Part shown: one piece after another, positions 18,279 to 29,354 of the stretch
Layout of the letters: every line of letters begins with the position of its first letter
Numbering within the stretch: position 1 is the first letter of the stretch
Sequence record: DRR378314_578
Strand: one strand, 5' to 3'
DNA length: 64,000 nucleotides
Program-made: the position numbers and the translations under genes
The notes under the pieces: generated by a model
Database searches by the model: none
The model's input: only the letters and a program-made list of their open reading frames with translations
What the model was told of the DNA's origin: nothing

Positions 18279-19616
18279 ATGAATTTAACAGTAATTGGTA
18301 CTGGTTATGTAGGTCTTGTGAGCGGAACTTGCTTTGCAGAAATGGGTAACACGGTAACCTGCATAGATGTTGATGAAAATAAAATCAATGGTCTAAAACA
18401 GGGTGTAATACCAATATATGAACCAGGGTTAGAGGCTATGGTAAAAAGGAATATTGACAATAAAACCTTACAATTTAGCATTAGCTTAAAAGATAACCTA
18501 GAAAACTGCGACGTTGCCTTTATTGCAGTAGGAACACCTATGGGAGAAGATGGTTCCGCAGATCTTAAATATGTATTACAGGTAGCCAAGGAAATAGGAG
18601 AACATATGTCCACCCCCTTAATAGTTGTAGATAAGTCAACCGTTCCAGTAGGAACCGCTGATAAAGTACATGAGACCATCGCCAACGAGTTAAGAAAAAG
18701 AGATGCAGATATTGATTTTCATGTAGTGTCCAATCCTGAATTCTTAAAGGAAGGGGATGCCATCAATGATTTTATGAAACCGGACAGAGTGGTTGTTGGA
18801 GCAGACGATGACAATGCCGCATCAGTTATGAGAAGGCTTTATTCTCCGTTTTTTAGAAGCAGTATGGATCGCTTGATAACCATGGACGTGAAGTCTGCGG
18901 AAATGACAAAATACGTAGCAAATGCCATGTTGGCTACTAAGATTTCATTCATGAACGAAATTGCCAATATTTGTGAACTGGTAGGGGCAGATGTTAATAA
19001 GGTTAGAATCGGTATTGGTTCGGATAGTCGAATAGGATACAGTTTTATTTACCCAGGAAGTGGGTATGGAGGCTCTTGTTTTCCAAAGGATGTAAAAGCG
19101 CTCAAGAAAACAGCAGAACAGAAAGGATACACGCCAAAGCTGATCACCGCTGTTGAAGACGTAAATGATGTTCAGAAATTAGTGATAGCCAAAAAGATAG
19201 TAGCCAAATATGGTGAAAACTTATCCAATAAAACATTTGCTGTCTGGGGATTGGCGTTTAAACCTGGAACCGATGACATGCGCGAGGCTCCCGCTATCTA
19301 TATCATAAAAGAGTTGGTCAAAAGAGGAGCCAAAGTCCATGCATATGACCCAAAAGCCATAGATGAAGCTAGGCATTTCTACCTTAAGGATGTAGAAGGA
19401 ATAACCTATTTCAATTCGAAATATGAAACTTTAGCTGGTTCAGATGCTATGATTTTACTAACAGAATGGAAGGAATTTAGAGCGCCGGACTTTCACGAAA
19501 TCAAAAAGCAACTTAATCAACCCGTGATATTTGATGGGCGAAATCAATACAATGAAGATATTTTGAATGGGTTAGGTATTCAATATCATCAGATAGGAAA
19601 AACATCATCGCAGTAA
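18279..19616 (+). CDS. ugd: UDP-glucose 6-dehydrogenase
   Basis: GTGYVG, KSTVPVGT, SNPEFLKEG, GYGGSCFPKD and FKPGTDDMRE. Confidence 0.95.
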   Translation: MNLTVIGTGYVGLVSGTCFAEMGNTVTCIDVDENKINGLKQGVIPIYEPGLEAMVKRNIDNKTLQFSISLKDNLENCDVAFIAVGTPMGEDGSADLKYVLQVAKEIGEHMSTPLIVVDKSTVPVGTADKVHETIANELRKRDADIDFHVVSNPEFLKEGDAINDFMKPDRVVVGADDDNAASVMRRLYSPFFRSSMDRLITMDVKSAEMTKYVANAMLATKISFMNEIANICELVGADVNKVRIGIGSDSRIGYSFIYPGSGYGGSCFPKDVKALKKTAEQKGYTPKLITAVEDVNDVQKLVIAKKIVAKYGENLSNKTFAVWGLAFKPGTDDMREAPAIYIIKELVKRGAKVHAYDPKAIDEARHFYLKDVEGITYFNSKYETLAGSDAMILLTEWKEFRAPDFHEIKKQLNQPVIFDGRNQYNEDILNGLGIQYHQIGKTSSQ

Positions 19617-19814
19617 AATTATTGTTGGTTTAAAAGTGAAGTCACCAACCTCATGTTGAATGCCTTTTGATTAGAGGTAAAATGAATGTCACTCTTTACC
19701 ATTCGTTCGCATAAAGCCGACTTATATATCAAATCATTAAATACTGTCTTATCTATTTATTAATCGGACTAGACTTAAGACCGTAACTTATATTAATGAA
19801 ACTTGGGAACTAAT

Positions 19815-20921
19815 ATGGCTACTAAACAGAAAATAGCTTTTGTTCTTGGATCACTTACCTCGGGAGGTGCGGAAAGGGTGGTAACCACATTGTCTAATTC
19901 ATTTATAAAAAAGTATGATGTCACCATAATAACATTCAAGAAAAGTGAACCCTTTTATGAGCTTCATGACTCCATTAACCTGGTGTCATGTATAGATGAT
20001 ATTGCACCATCGAAAACCTTATTGCATTCACTACTTTTAAATTTTAGACTTTTAAGAGAATTAATCTCTTTACTAAAGAAAAATAAGATTGAACTTGTTA
20101 TAGGCTTTATTACAATGGCCAATGTTTTGACCATTATTTCTGCCAAGATTTTAAAAATTTCCTGTATAGTTAGTGAACGAAACAACCCATATATCGATGC
20201 CACTCCAACCTTTTGGAAATTTTGCAGAAAATATATATATCCCCTGACTGATTTCCTTATTGTCCAAACCAATTTAATAAAGAAGTTTTACAGTGAACTG
20301 GTCAAAAATAACAAAATAGAAGTTCTACCTAATCCCATATCCCCGGATTTATCCAGTAAAAGGGTAGTTAATTCAAAGAAAGAAAAAATTATTCTTAATG
20401 TTGGAAAGTTGCATGACCAAAAAAACCATGAACTTTTAATAAAAGCTTTTAAAGATATTGATTATGGGGATTGGAAGTTGCATATAGTTGGAGAGGGAGA
20501 GAATCGACCAATTTTGGAGAATCTGATCAATGATCTGGGACTGAAAGCCAAAGTATTTCTTCTTGGGAGAAAAAATAATATCCAAGACCATTACAACAGT
20601 GCCAAAGTGTTCGCCTTTACTTCCAATTACGAGGGCTTCCCAAATGCATTGATTGAAGCAATGCATTTTGGATTACCCTGTGTGTCGACCGATTGCCCTA
20701 CTGGCCCATCAGAACTAATCAAAGATGGTGAAAATGGCTTTTTGGTTCCTGTAGATGATCAAGAACAACTTAGCAAAAGGCTGCAAATGCTTATTGACGA
20801 CACTGAACTTCAAAAACAATTCTCATCTGGGGCCATGGATGCAACCAAAGATTATAACGCCTCAATAGTAACACATAAATGGGAGCAAACCATAGCAAAA
20901 GTACTAAGCTCAAAAAAATAA
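19815..20921 (+). CDS. GT4 glycosyltransferase (PglH/PglJ-like)
   Basis: GGAERVV N-terminus, SERNNP and EGFPNALIEAM (E-x7-E). Probable ATG at 19815. Confidence 0.9.
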   Translation: MATKQKIAFVLGSLTSGGAERVVTTLSNSFIKKYDVTIITFKKSEPFYELHDSINLVSCIDDIAPSKTLLHSLLLNFRLLRELISLLKKNKIELVIGFITMANVLTIISAKILKISCIVSERNNPYIDATPTFWKFCRKYIYPLTDFLIVQTNLIKKFYSELVKNNKIEVLPNPISPDLSSKRVVNSKKEKIILNVGKLHDQKNHELLIKAFKDIDYGDWKLHIVGEGENRPILENLINDLGLKAKVFLLGRKNNIQDHYNSAKVFAFTSNYEGFPNALIEAMHFGLPCVSTDCPTGPSELIKDGENGFLVPVDDQEQLSKRLQMLIDDTELQKQFSSGAMDATKDYNASIVTHKWEQTIAKVLSSKK

Positions 20922-20936
20922 AACCTCTCCTTTAGT

Positions 20937-22280
20937 ATGAGCATTAAGACAACAATATCAAAACTTAAGGGACGGTTTAAGATTTCCATTGTTAGGAACA
21001 TCATTATTGTTGGGTCGGTTACTTTGTTCGTTAAAATAGCGGGGTTCTACAAAGAAACTCTAGTAGCCTCTAGTTTTGGACTTTCTGAATTGCTAGACTC
21101 TTTTTATTTGGCAATATTGATTCCTTCCTTCATTCAGGCAGTTTTCATAGGGTCGGTAAAAAATATTTTTATTCCCAATTATGTGGCCGAGACCAAAAAC
21201 AGTGAGAATCCAGACATAGGAGGGTTTCAAACATTGGGCTTTTTATTGATTTTTGGTATTGTTCTTTTTTTTATTTTGATAACATTTCTGTTTGGATATT
21301 ACTTTCTCGAAACTGCTTTTCCAAACCATACAGCCTCTTTCTATAATTTGACCAGAACACAACTGTTTATAATGACCCCTTGCCTTCTTTTTTGGGGAGG
21401 GTCTTCCTTATTAAGTGCACTTTTGGATATTGAGACCAAGTTTTTACCCTCGGCCATATATCCAGTTTTTATTGCTCTTTGTACTATCATATTCCTTGTG
21501 TTTTTTAACGAATATTTCGGAGAAATGGTCTTAGCTTTTGGTACACTAACTGGTAGTGCTGTTGGTTTTGTTTTTTTAATGGTCTTTACTTTGATAAATA
21601 AACTTATCTTTTTAAGCAATCCACTGATCAATGAGAATACCAGAATGATGATAAATCAATTACCGCCAAAAATCGCATCTGGTTTTTTAACAGGTATGAA
21701 TCAATTCGTTGATCAGTTTTTTGCTGCCCAACTTGCTGTTGGTTCGATTTCTGCAATCAACTATGGTATTAAAATACCTTCTTTTATTCTAACTTTATCC
21801 ATGGTTGCTACTGGAACGGTATTGCTCCCATATTTCTCAAAAAAAATAATGAAAGATAGGCTTCAGGCATTTAAAGACTTGTTCAAAATCTTAAAAGTGA
21901 TTTTTGTGATAGGCTTACTGGCAACATCTATTATATTCATTTTTTCTTCTGATATCATTAAATTCTTATTCGAGCGAAATGAGTTCACGAGTGATGACAC
22001 CTATATTGTTTCTTTGATTCAGCAAATAATATTGGTTTATATACCGTTCTACCTTTGTGGAAATTTATTGGGCAAGTTTTTAACTAGTATCAATAAAAAC
22101 CGCTTTATGGCTTGGGTCTCATTTTATAACTTGATTGCAAATATTGTATTCAATATCATATTTATGAAAATATATGGTGTCTACGGATTAGCAATAAGTA
22201 CATCATTGACAATAACTATAAGTAGTTTTATTTATTTCTATTATACCTATAAACAATACAAAATGCTTGCTATCAAATGA
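20937..22280 (+). CDS. MOP-superfamily lipid-linked glycan flippase (MurJ/Wzx-like)
   Basis: About 12 hydrophobic segments and a MurJ-like N-terminal motif GFYKETLVASSFG.S..LD.F..A. Confidence 0.8.
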   Translation: MSIKTTISKLKGRFKISIVRNIIIVGSVTLFVKIAGFYKETLVASSFGLSELLDSFYLAILIPSFIQAVFIGSVKNIFIPNYVAETKNSENPDIGGFQTLGFLLIFGIVLFFILITFLFGYYFLETAFPNHTASFYNLTRTQLFIMTPCLLFWGGSSLLSALLDIETKFLPSAIYPVFIALCTIIFLVFFNEYFGEMVLAFGTLTGSAVGFVFLMVFTLINKLIFLSNPLINENTRMMINQLPPKIASGFLTGMNQFVDQFFAAQLAVGSISAINYGIKIPSFILTLSMVATGTVLLPYFSKKIMKDRLQAFKDLFKILKVIFVIGLLATSIIFIFSSDIIKFLFERNEFTSDDTYIVSLIQQIILVYIPFYLCGNLLGKFLTSINKNRFMAWVSFYNLIANIVFNIIFMKIYGVYGLAISTSLTITISSFIYFYYTYKQYKMLAIK

Positions 22281-23386
22281 TGACAGTACTGCGACATATT
22301 GTCCTATACTTATTTGTAATGAATATTTCAAGTGGAGCACTGATGTATATTGGTGCTGGAATCGGATCAATAACAAGCTATCTGTCGTTTATACTCTTAT
22401 TGATTTACTATTTCTTTGTAAAAAAGGGCAAAATCAACTTATGGATGATAGTACTAGGTCTATTGTATTTCGCTTTTGCAGGTTTACAATATTATGATGA
22501 CACAAGTTATTTTATCAATGTCACAATAAAATATTTTATAATTATTCTCGGTGGTTATGAAGTAGTAAAAAGAACATCCAACAAAGAATTTATTGTTGTT
22601 TTATTGTTGGGGTCGATTACCATACTGCTGCATGCAGCTGTATTGGGTGGTGGTTCTGCCGATTATGGCCGATTTAGTGGGTTTTATATCAATCCAAATG
22701 CTGCAGGTTTTATTTGTATCTCGGGTTACGCCCTGGCATATTCATTGGAGAATAAAAGAGTAAGGCTGCTGGCACAAATTATTTTCACCTTGATGGGATT
22801 GCTCACCTTGTCAAGAACTTTTATTGTCTTGTGGATTATGTTAAATTTAATTTCCCTGAAAATAAACATAAAAAATATTCGAGTATTCGTATATGGTTTT
22901 GGTCTTTTATCCCTATTGCTCATTTTTAGTGAACTATTGCCAGTTAAAAATCCCAGAATAGAGCAGCTCAAGGCTATTACAAGTAGTAACGAAGAAGTAA
23001 GTGTGAGTGAAATAAATGAAGACTCAAGAACAGAAACATGGAGTAAATATTTTGATGACATAGGAAACAAGCCATTTTTTGGAAATGGATTTATGTCATT
23101 TACCAAAAAGTCTTTTTTAAGTGAAAAAGTGGGGATACATAATACCTTTTTGTTGGTATGGGGGGAGGCTGGTTTTATCCCTTTTATTATTATTGTTGTG
23201 TTTTATGTGAGAATGCTTGTGTATAGTTTCCGACTGTTCAATCATGAACCAAATCTGTTGATGCAATCCATAGGGCTCTTTTTCTTTCTAATGGCATCCC
23301 ATGTTTTCTTTACACATGCATTTATATTGTTTATTTCCATGTGGATCCAATTTCAAATAGAAAAAAATAAACCGCTGTTAGAATGA
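22277..23386 (+). CDS. Wzy polymerase / O-antigen ligase family membrane protein
   Basis: About 10 TMs with [16 protein letters not shown] and PFFGNG..HNTFL..E.G (Wzy_C-like). Confidence 0.8.
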   Translation: MMTVLRHIVLYLFVMNISSGALMYIGAGIGSITSYLSFILLLIYYFFVKKGKINLWMIVLGLLYFAFAGLQYYDDTSYFINVTIKYFIIILGGYEVVKRTSNKEFIVVLLLGSITILLHAAVLGGGSADYGRFSGFYINPNAAGFICISGYALAYSLENKRVRLLAQIIFTLMGLLTLSRTFIVLWIMLNLISLKINIKNIRVFVYGFGLLSLLLIFSELLPVKNPRIEQLKAITSSNEEVSVSEINEDSRTETWSKYFDDIGNKPFFGNGFMSFTKKSFLSEKVGIHNTFLLVWGEAGFIPFIIIVVFYVRMLVYSFRLFNHEPNLLMQSIGLFFFLMASHVFFTHAFILFISMWIQFQIEKNKPLLE

Positions 23387-23922
23387 AAAAATTATTTAGT
23401 AAACTCAAGGCATATTACCATTGGTATACCAAAAGCAATAAGGAATATGCTCGGTACCTGGGAGTGGAAATAGGGAAAGACTGCAGAATCTATATTAGGG
23501 ATTTCGGTTCAGAGCCCTGGTTAATTAAAATTGGGGACAAGGTAACCGTTACACATGGTGTCAGATTTATCAACCATGACGGTTCTACATGGCTTATTGC
23601 TGACGAGAAAGGAAGAAGACAACTATTTAAGAGAATCAATATTGGGAATAATGTTTTTATAGGGATGAACTCTATTATCCTACCAGGGGTAAAAATAGAG
23701 GACAATGTTATAATTGCAGCTGGCAGTGTGGTCACAAAATCAATACCCTCTGGTTACATTGTGGGAGGCAATCCAGCCAAAATTATTATGGATTTCGAGT
23801 CTTATGAAAAAAAGGTATTAGATACGTACGTCAGTAATCAAGATCTTGATTTTTCCAAAAACTATAAAGAACGCGTTCTCGACATAGTTGATAATTCCTT
23901 TAAGCCCAATTTAAAACCATAG
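23383..23922 (+). CDS. Hexapeptide-repeat (LbH) O-acyltransferase
   Basis: [42 protein letters not shown]. Confidence 0.88.
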   Translation: MKKLFSKLKAYYHWYTKSNKEYARYLGVEIGKDCRIYIRDFGSEPWLIKIGDKVTVTHGVRFINHDGSTWLIADEKGRRQLFKRINIGNNVFIGMNSIILPGVKIEDNVIIAAGSVVTKSIPSGYIVGGNPAKIIMDFESYEKKVLDTYVSNQDLDFSKNYKERVLDIVDNSFKPNLKP

Positions 23923-23936
23923 AATAAGTAAGGCAA

Positions 23937-25028
23937 ATGAATAATACTAATAGAAAAAAAGTTTGTTTTGTTCTCCCGTCATTAGGAGCGGGTGGAGCCG
24001 AAAGGGTAATTTCATTTGTTGCACAACAAGTAGATACGACTAAATTTGAAGCTGAACTATTGGTAATCGGTTTTGAAAAAGATACCCATTACAAAATCGA
24101 GGGGATTAAAGTGCTTTACCTGAACAAACCAAGGGTCTTAACCTCAATCCCTAAATTATACACCTATCTACAGAGAAGTAAGCCAGATATTGTGCTAAGT
24201 GCAATTGGCCACCTAAATGCTGCAATGGCTTTAATGTCCCCTTTCTTTAAGAAAACAAAATTTATAGGTCGTGAGGTAAATGTTATTAGTGTTTTGAAAA
24301 ATTATTCCCAAACCCAAAGAAAAAGATTGATAAATTTACCCGACTATATAAAACTAAGCTACCCATTACTTGATAAGATTGTGTGTCAATCTAACGATAT
24401 GGCTAATGATTTGATCAAGAATTATGACATAGACCCCTCAAAAATACAAGTCATCAATAACCCGATCACAGGAGGTTTCAGGCTAAAACAAACTCATGAA
24501 AATTCCGGTAAAAATGCGTTCAGGTTAATAACCGTTGGTAGGCTGGCAAAACAAAAGGGGCACCTACGAATACTCGATGCTTTAAAGTTGGTCAAATTGC
24601 CCTTTCATTATACAATCATTGGAGATGGACCGGAAAAGGAAAACATATTTGAAAAGTTAAAACAGTTAGGTTTGTCCAAGTGTGTGACCCATGTCCCACA
24701 TACGGATAAAGTCTCCGATTTTTTGTGCCAGAGCGACCTTTTTATCCAAGGATCTTATGTAGAAGGGTTCCCTAACGCGCTCTTGGAAAGTTGTGCAGTT
24801 GGCACACCGGTAGTAGCTTTCAAGGCCCTTGGAGGTATCGATGAAATTATAGAAAACGGCATTAACGGGTATATCGCTGAAGACATCGAAGATTTTGCGG
24901 GTAAAATAACTCAAATACTATCTTCGCGACAGCAATGGAGACCTAAAACTGTGAGCGATTCTGTTTATGAAAAATATAGTTCAAAAATAATTATTGCTGA
25001 ATACAACAACCTGCTTGAATCCATATAA
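23937..25028 (+). CDS. GT4 glycosyltransferase
   Basis: GGAERV, VGRLAKQKG and EGFPNALLES. Confidence 0.9.
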   Translation: MNNTNRKKVCFVLPSLGAGGAERVISFVAQQVDTTKFEAELLVIGFEKDTHYKIEGIKVLYLNKPRVLTSIPKLYTYLQRSKPDIVLSAIGHLNAAMALMSPFFKKTKFIGREVNVISVLKNYSQTQRKRLINLPDYIKLSYPLLDKIVCQSNDMANDLIKNYDIDPSKIQVINNPITGGFRLKQTHENSGKNAFRLITVGRLAKQKGHLRILDALKLVKLPFHYTIIGDGPEKENIFEKLKQLGLSKCVTHVPHTDKVSDFLCQSDLFIQGSYVEGFPNALLESCAVGTPVVAFKALGGIDEIIENGINGYIAEDIEDFAGKITQILSSRQQWRPKTVSDSVYEKYSSKIIIAEYNNLLESI

Positions 25029-25048
25029 ACAGGCTCCTATACCTTAAA

Positions 25049-26203
25049 ATGAGACAAAAAAAAAGACTGTCAATTTTCATAAACAACCTAAGCCACGGAG
25101 GAGCACAAAAAATTGCTTCCGTCCTTGCCAAGGAACTCATGCTGGAATTTGAAGTTTATCTTGTGCTACTTACCGAAAATATTGTTTATGATGTTCCTGA
25201 AAACATCAAAATTGAAGTGCTCTCGAAAGACAAAAAAGGAAACTTTCTAGATAAACTTGCCAACATTTATAGATACTATGCTTTCTGCAAAAAAAACAAA
25301 ATTGATGTCTCATTATCTTTGTTGACGCAACCAAACTACATATCCGCATTGACGAAGATCCTGGGTTCAAAAACGAAGATCATACTTAGCGAACATACCT
25401 ATCAATCCTTATGGAGGGCCAACGAAAAATTGTATGCAATCATAAAAAAAAATGTAATCCGGTATCTGTATAATAAAAGTGATAAAATCATTACCGTATC
25501 CAATAAGATTAGATTGGACTTAATGGACAATTATGGAATCAAAAAAGAAAAACTGGTGACCATATTTAATCCATATCCCATAAAAAAAATCAGTAGCTTG
25601 TCAAAAGAAGGGGTTGAAAGTTCAAAGAACCATAAAACCTTTACTTTCATTACGGTAGGAACACTATACCATGTAAAAAACCAAGAACTCCTTTTACGCT
25701 CTTTTGCCAAATTAAAAAACAAAGATGTACGTTTGGTCATAGTCGGGGATGGTGAGCTTAAGGATTATTTGACACAATTGAGCAAACAATTGGGCATTGA
25801 GAATTTGGTCAAATTTGTTGGTTTTACTGATAATCCCTTCAAATATTTAGGAGCTTCGGACATTTTTATCCTTAGCTCTAACAATGAAGGCCTACCCAAT
25901 GTAATTATTGAGGCATTAGCTTGTGAATGTCCCGTTATTTCGACCGATTGCATTTCTGGTCCCAGAGAAATATTGGCCCCCAACTCACCCATAGAATTTC
26001 ATTTGACAAACAACATCGAGTTTGCTGAATTTGGTGTGCTCGTACCCATAAAAAATGAAAAATTGATGGCAGAAGCAATGGAATCCCTGCTAGAAAATAA
26101 GGATCTTTTGCGAAAATATAAAAAAGCTGCCTTTGACAGAGCAATGTTCTTTGATTCAAAGAACTCCATAAACAGCTATATACAAAACTTACAGTTAATC
26201 TAA
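25049..26203 (+). CDS. GT4 glycosyltransferase (PglJ-like)
   Basis: GGAQK, EGLPNVIIEA and STDCISGPREILAP. Confidence 0.9.
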   Translation: MRQKKRLSIFINNLSHGGAQKIASVLAKELMLEFEVYLVLLTENIVYDVPENIKIEVLSKDKKGNFLDKLANIYRYYAFCKKNKIDVSLSLLTQPNYISALTKILGSKTKIILSEHTYQSLWRANEKLYAIIKKNVIRYLYNKSDKIITVSNKIRLDLMDNYGIKKEKLVTIFNPYPIKKISSLSKEGVESSKNHKTFTFITVGTLYHVKNQELLLRSFAKLKNKDVRLVIVGDGELKDYLTQLSKQLGIENLVKFVGFTDNPFKYLGASDIFILSSNNEGLPNVIIEALACECPVISTDCISGPREILAPNSPIEFHLTNNIEFAEFGVLVPIKNEKLMAEAMESLLENKDLLRKYKKAAFDRAMFFDSKNSINSYIQNLQLI

Positions 26204-26220
26204 AAATACCTACATATCCA

Positions 26221-28119
26221 ATGTGCGGAATAAATGGAATAATAACAAAACAGGCAACTCCCGGTAATGAAATAGCGAAACTGTTGACAGAGATGAACAA
26301 CCTCATCATTCACCGGGGCCCGGATGAGGATGGTTTTTTTGCGGAAGCCAATGATTCATTTTCCGTGGGAATGGCCATGAGGCGTCTGTCCATTATTGAC
26401 CTAACATCGGGCAAACAACCCATTTTTTCGGAAGACCAACAAATCATAATCGTATTCAATGGTGAGATTTACAACTACCGTGAATTAAAATCTGAACTCC
26501 TTGAAAAAGGGGTGACCTTTAAAACTACAAGTGATACGGAGGTTATCCTAAAACTTTACGAGTTGGAAGGCACAGCTTCCTTTAAAAAACTGGATGGCAT
26601 GTTCGCCTTTAGTGTTTATGACAAAAGAATAGGGAAGTTATATATCGCACGCGACTTTTTTGGGGAAAAACCACTGTATTACACTACTTTGGGAAACCGT
26701 TTTATATGGGCATCCGAGTTAAAATCCATAGTGGACCTATTGGATTCCAAGCCCGATATTTCCCCTAAAGGATTGAACCTGTTTTTTAGGCTCACTTACG
26801 TACCTGCTCCACATACCATTTATGCTGGGGTATATAAGCTGGAGGCCAATCATTTTATGGAGTACGATCTACAGGCCCATACTTTTAACATAAAACCGAT
26901 CAATGAAGAGCCCGAGCCTAGACCTCAGCACATTTCTTTTGATGATGCCAAGAAAAAAGTAAGGCAAATGGTATACCAAAGCGTGGACAGCAGGTCGGTA
27001 TCGGATGTTCCGCTAGGAACTTTCCTTTCAGGGGGGGTCGATTCTTCCATAGTCTCGCTCTGCCTTTCTCAAGCAACCGGCAAGAAAATTGAAACCTTTT
27101 CAATTGGTTTCAAGAAAACACGGTTTGATGAAACTGACAAATCCCAATTAGTGGCAAAACTCATCAATAGTAATCATCATGAATTTATAATTGACGAAGA
27201 CGATCTTAAGGATAACATACATGAAATTCTGATTAATTTTGATGAACCGTTCTCCGACACCGCTTCCCTCCCCACCTACCTTGTTTCCAAAAAAACAAGG
27301 GAACACGTTACCGTTGCACTAACTGGAGATGGTGGTGATGAGGTTTTTGGAGGATACAATAAATACTATGTTGGCAAAATGAACAGTCGATATACCAAAA
27401 TGGTTCCAAAGCTTGTTCATGAACCAATCCGAAAAATGGCCAACACAATTCTTGCCACAAAGGATGATAATAGAGGCAAGCGTTTCAAAATAAAAAAGCT
27501 GCTAAACAGTATTGATTATGACGGTCAGTCTTATTGGGACATTATTTCACTCGCCAATACACAAAGCTTACTTGCCGAAATTCTGCAGCCCAGTCTTTTG
27601 GACCTTGACATTTTTGGGGAGTACAAGCAAAAACTAAATCTTCCCAAGGCAACAACCCTAACCCATTTCAGACAAATTGATAAAATTGTAAGTTTAGAGG
27701 GAGGAATGCTACCAAAAGTGGACCGTACCAGCATGATGAATTCTTTGGAATGTCGTGCGCCATTTTTGAATAGGGAACTGTGGGAATTTGCAAATACACT
27801 TCCTGAGGAGTATTTAATGAAAGGATGGAACAAAAAATATATTCTTAAAGAAGCTTTTAAAAATCAATTTCCAGACCAATTTCTGGAAAGAAGTAAGAGC
27901 GGTTTTGGATCTCCCGTTGGCGATTGGCTAAGACAGAGCCTGAGAAAAGAATTGGAAAGCTACATAGAACCTCAAAAACTTGGTGTCCAGTCCATCTTTA
28001 AGCAAGAGACAATTACGAAACTTGTAAAGGACCATTTAAGTGGCAAAAAAGACAATACTTTTCGGGTATGGGCCTTTTATTGTTTCCAAAAATGGTATTG
28101 GAGCGTATATCTGAAATAA
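26221..28119 (+). CDS. asnB: Asparagine synthase-like glutamine amidotransferase (probably uronate amidation, WbpS/WbqG-like)
   Basis: MCGI N-terminus, HRGPD, RRLSIID, NGEIYN, LSGGVDSS and GDGGDE. Embedded among glycosyltransferases. Confidence 0.9.
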   Translation: MCGINGIITKQATPGNEIAKLLTEMNNLIIHRGPDEDGFFAEANDSFSVGMAMRRLSIIDLTSGKQPIFSEDQQIIIVFNGEIYNYRELKSELLEKGVTFKTTSDTEVILKLYELEGTASFKKLDGMFAFSVYDKRIGKLYIARDFFGEKPLYYTTLGNRFIWASELKSIVDLLDSKPDISPKGLNLFFRLTYVPAPHTIYAGVYKLEANHFMEYDLQAHTFNIKPINEEPEPRPQHISFDDAKKKVRQMVYQSVDSRSVSDVPLGTFLSGGVDSSIVSLCLSQATGKKIETFSIGFKKTRFDETDKSQLVAKLINSNHHEFIIDEDDLKDNIHEILINFDEPFSDTASLPTYLVSKKTREHVTVALTGDGGDEVFGGYNKYYVGKMNSRYTKMVPKLVHEPIRKMANTILATKDDNRGKRFKIKKLLNSIDYDGQSYWDIISLANTQSLLAEILQPSLLDLDIFGEYKQKLNLPKATTLTHFRQIDKIVSLEGGMLPKVDRTSMMNSLECRAPFLNRELWEFANTLPEEYLMKGWNKKYILKEAFKNQFPDQFLERSKSGFGSPVGDWLRQSLRKELESYIEPQKLGVQSIFKQETITKLVKDHLSGKKDNTFRVWAFYCFQKWYWSVYLK

Positions 28120-28129
28120 ATAAAATATA

Positions 28130-29266
28130 ATGTCAAAAAAAAATATTCTTATAGCGTGTTCAATGGATAGATCTTTGGTTGGATTCAGGGGAGATTTTAT
28201 ACAAAATCTACTAAGTGAAGGCTACAATGTATATACTGCCTCTCCCAACCTCACAGAATCTATTGCCAAAAAATTGAAACGTTTTGGAGCAAAGCCACTA
28301 CAATACGAATTGACAAGAGCCGGTATAAGCCCGTTTGGGGATTTAAAATCCATTAGACAGTTAAAACAAATAATGATCAACCATAATATAGATTTGGTTT
28401 TTCCCTATACTATTAAACCCGTTATTTATGCCTCTATGGCCGCAAACAAATTGAATATTCCAGTGATTTCTTTGATTACCGGCCTAGGGTTCACGTTTAC
28501 AGGAGTCTCCTCCAAAGCTCGGATTTTACAGAAAGTGGTCGAATTCTTATATAAAAAGTCGATTAGAAAAAATAGCTTGGTAATTTTTCAAAATATAGAC
28601 GATCAAAAACTTTTCCAAGAACGGGGCATTCTAAAGCTAAATCAGAAAACAGATGTTGTAGACGGTTCTGGGGTTAACTTAGAAAGATATAATTTTAGAA
28701 TAAACAACAAAACTGAGGACAACGTAATTTTCATTTTCGTTGCACGCCTCATAAAAGAAAAGGGAATCCATCTTTTCATCAATGCTGCCAAAGAGCTAAA
28801 GCAGAAATTTCCAAATGCTCAATTTCATGTTGTAGGAGCTCCTGACCAATCACCCTCATCAATAAAACCAGAAGAAATACATGAATTGGATAAAAAAGGT
28901 ATCATAAATTATCATGGTCGGGTAAATAATGTTCCTGAGTTATTGCAACATTCAGATGTGTTTGTTTTACCAACATATTATCGCGAAGGTGTGCCCAGGT
29001 CTATACTCGAAGCTTTATCTGTTGGCCTACCTATTATAACTACCGATACTCCAGGATGTAGGGAAACTATCTTGAATGATCAAAATGGTGTTTTAATTCA
29101 ACCTAACCAACAGGAAGAGCTTACTGATGCTATGCGTTTTTTCTTGGAAAACAAGAAGAAAATCAAGGAAATGGGAAAAGAAAGCAGAAAGTTAGCCGAA
29201 AACAAGTTCGATGTGAACATTATTAATAAAAAATTGATAAATCACATAAACCAAAGCCTATCTTAG
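28130..29266 (+). CDS. GT4 glycosyltransferase (PglA/CapM-like)
   Basis: FRG, YTIKP.IY, ITGLG, GSGV and YYREGVPRSILEA..TDTPGCRE. Confidence 0.9.
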   Translation: MSKKNILIACSMDRSLVGFRGDFIQNLLSEGYNVYTASPNLTESIAKKLKRFGAKPLQYELTRAGISPFGDLKSIRQLKQIMINHNIDLVFPYTIKPVIYASMAANKLNIPVISLITGLGFTFTGVSSKARILQKVVEFLYKKSIRKNSLVIFQNIDDQKLFQERGILKLNQKTDVVDGSGVNLERYNFRINNKTEDNVIFIFVARLIKEKGIHLFINAAKELKQKFPNAQFHVVGAPDQSPSSIKPEEIHELDKKGIINYHGRVNNVPELLQHSDVFVLPTYYREGVPRSILEALSVGLPIITTDTPGCRETILNDQNGVLIQPNQQEELTDAMRFFLENKKKIKEMGKESRKLAENKFDVNIINKKLINHINQSLS

Positions 29267-29354
29267 ATTCGTATTTATAATCAGTACTTGGAACTGATTA
29301 ATTTACTGGAAATTAAAGAGGTTCTTGTTTTCATTAGACTAAAACATTTAATTT

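Noticed and set aside
25054-25064. A9 tracts at the start of a GT gene (also near 25444 and 16792) as slippage switches
   Set aside because: Such runs are common in AT-rich, Lys-rich sequence and the frames are intact. Read-level data would be needed.
27031-27037. G7 tract in the asnB-like gene as a phase-variation site
   Set aside because: The tract is short and explained by the conserved SGGVDS codons. The frame is intact.
29278-29300. taatcagt-N7-actgatta inverted repeat between the GT and acetyltransferase genes
   Set aside because: An AT-rich 8-bp stem without a clear U-tract. It could be an operator or a weak hairpin but is too weak to call.
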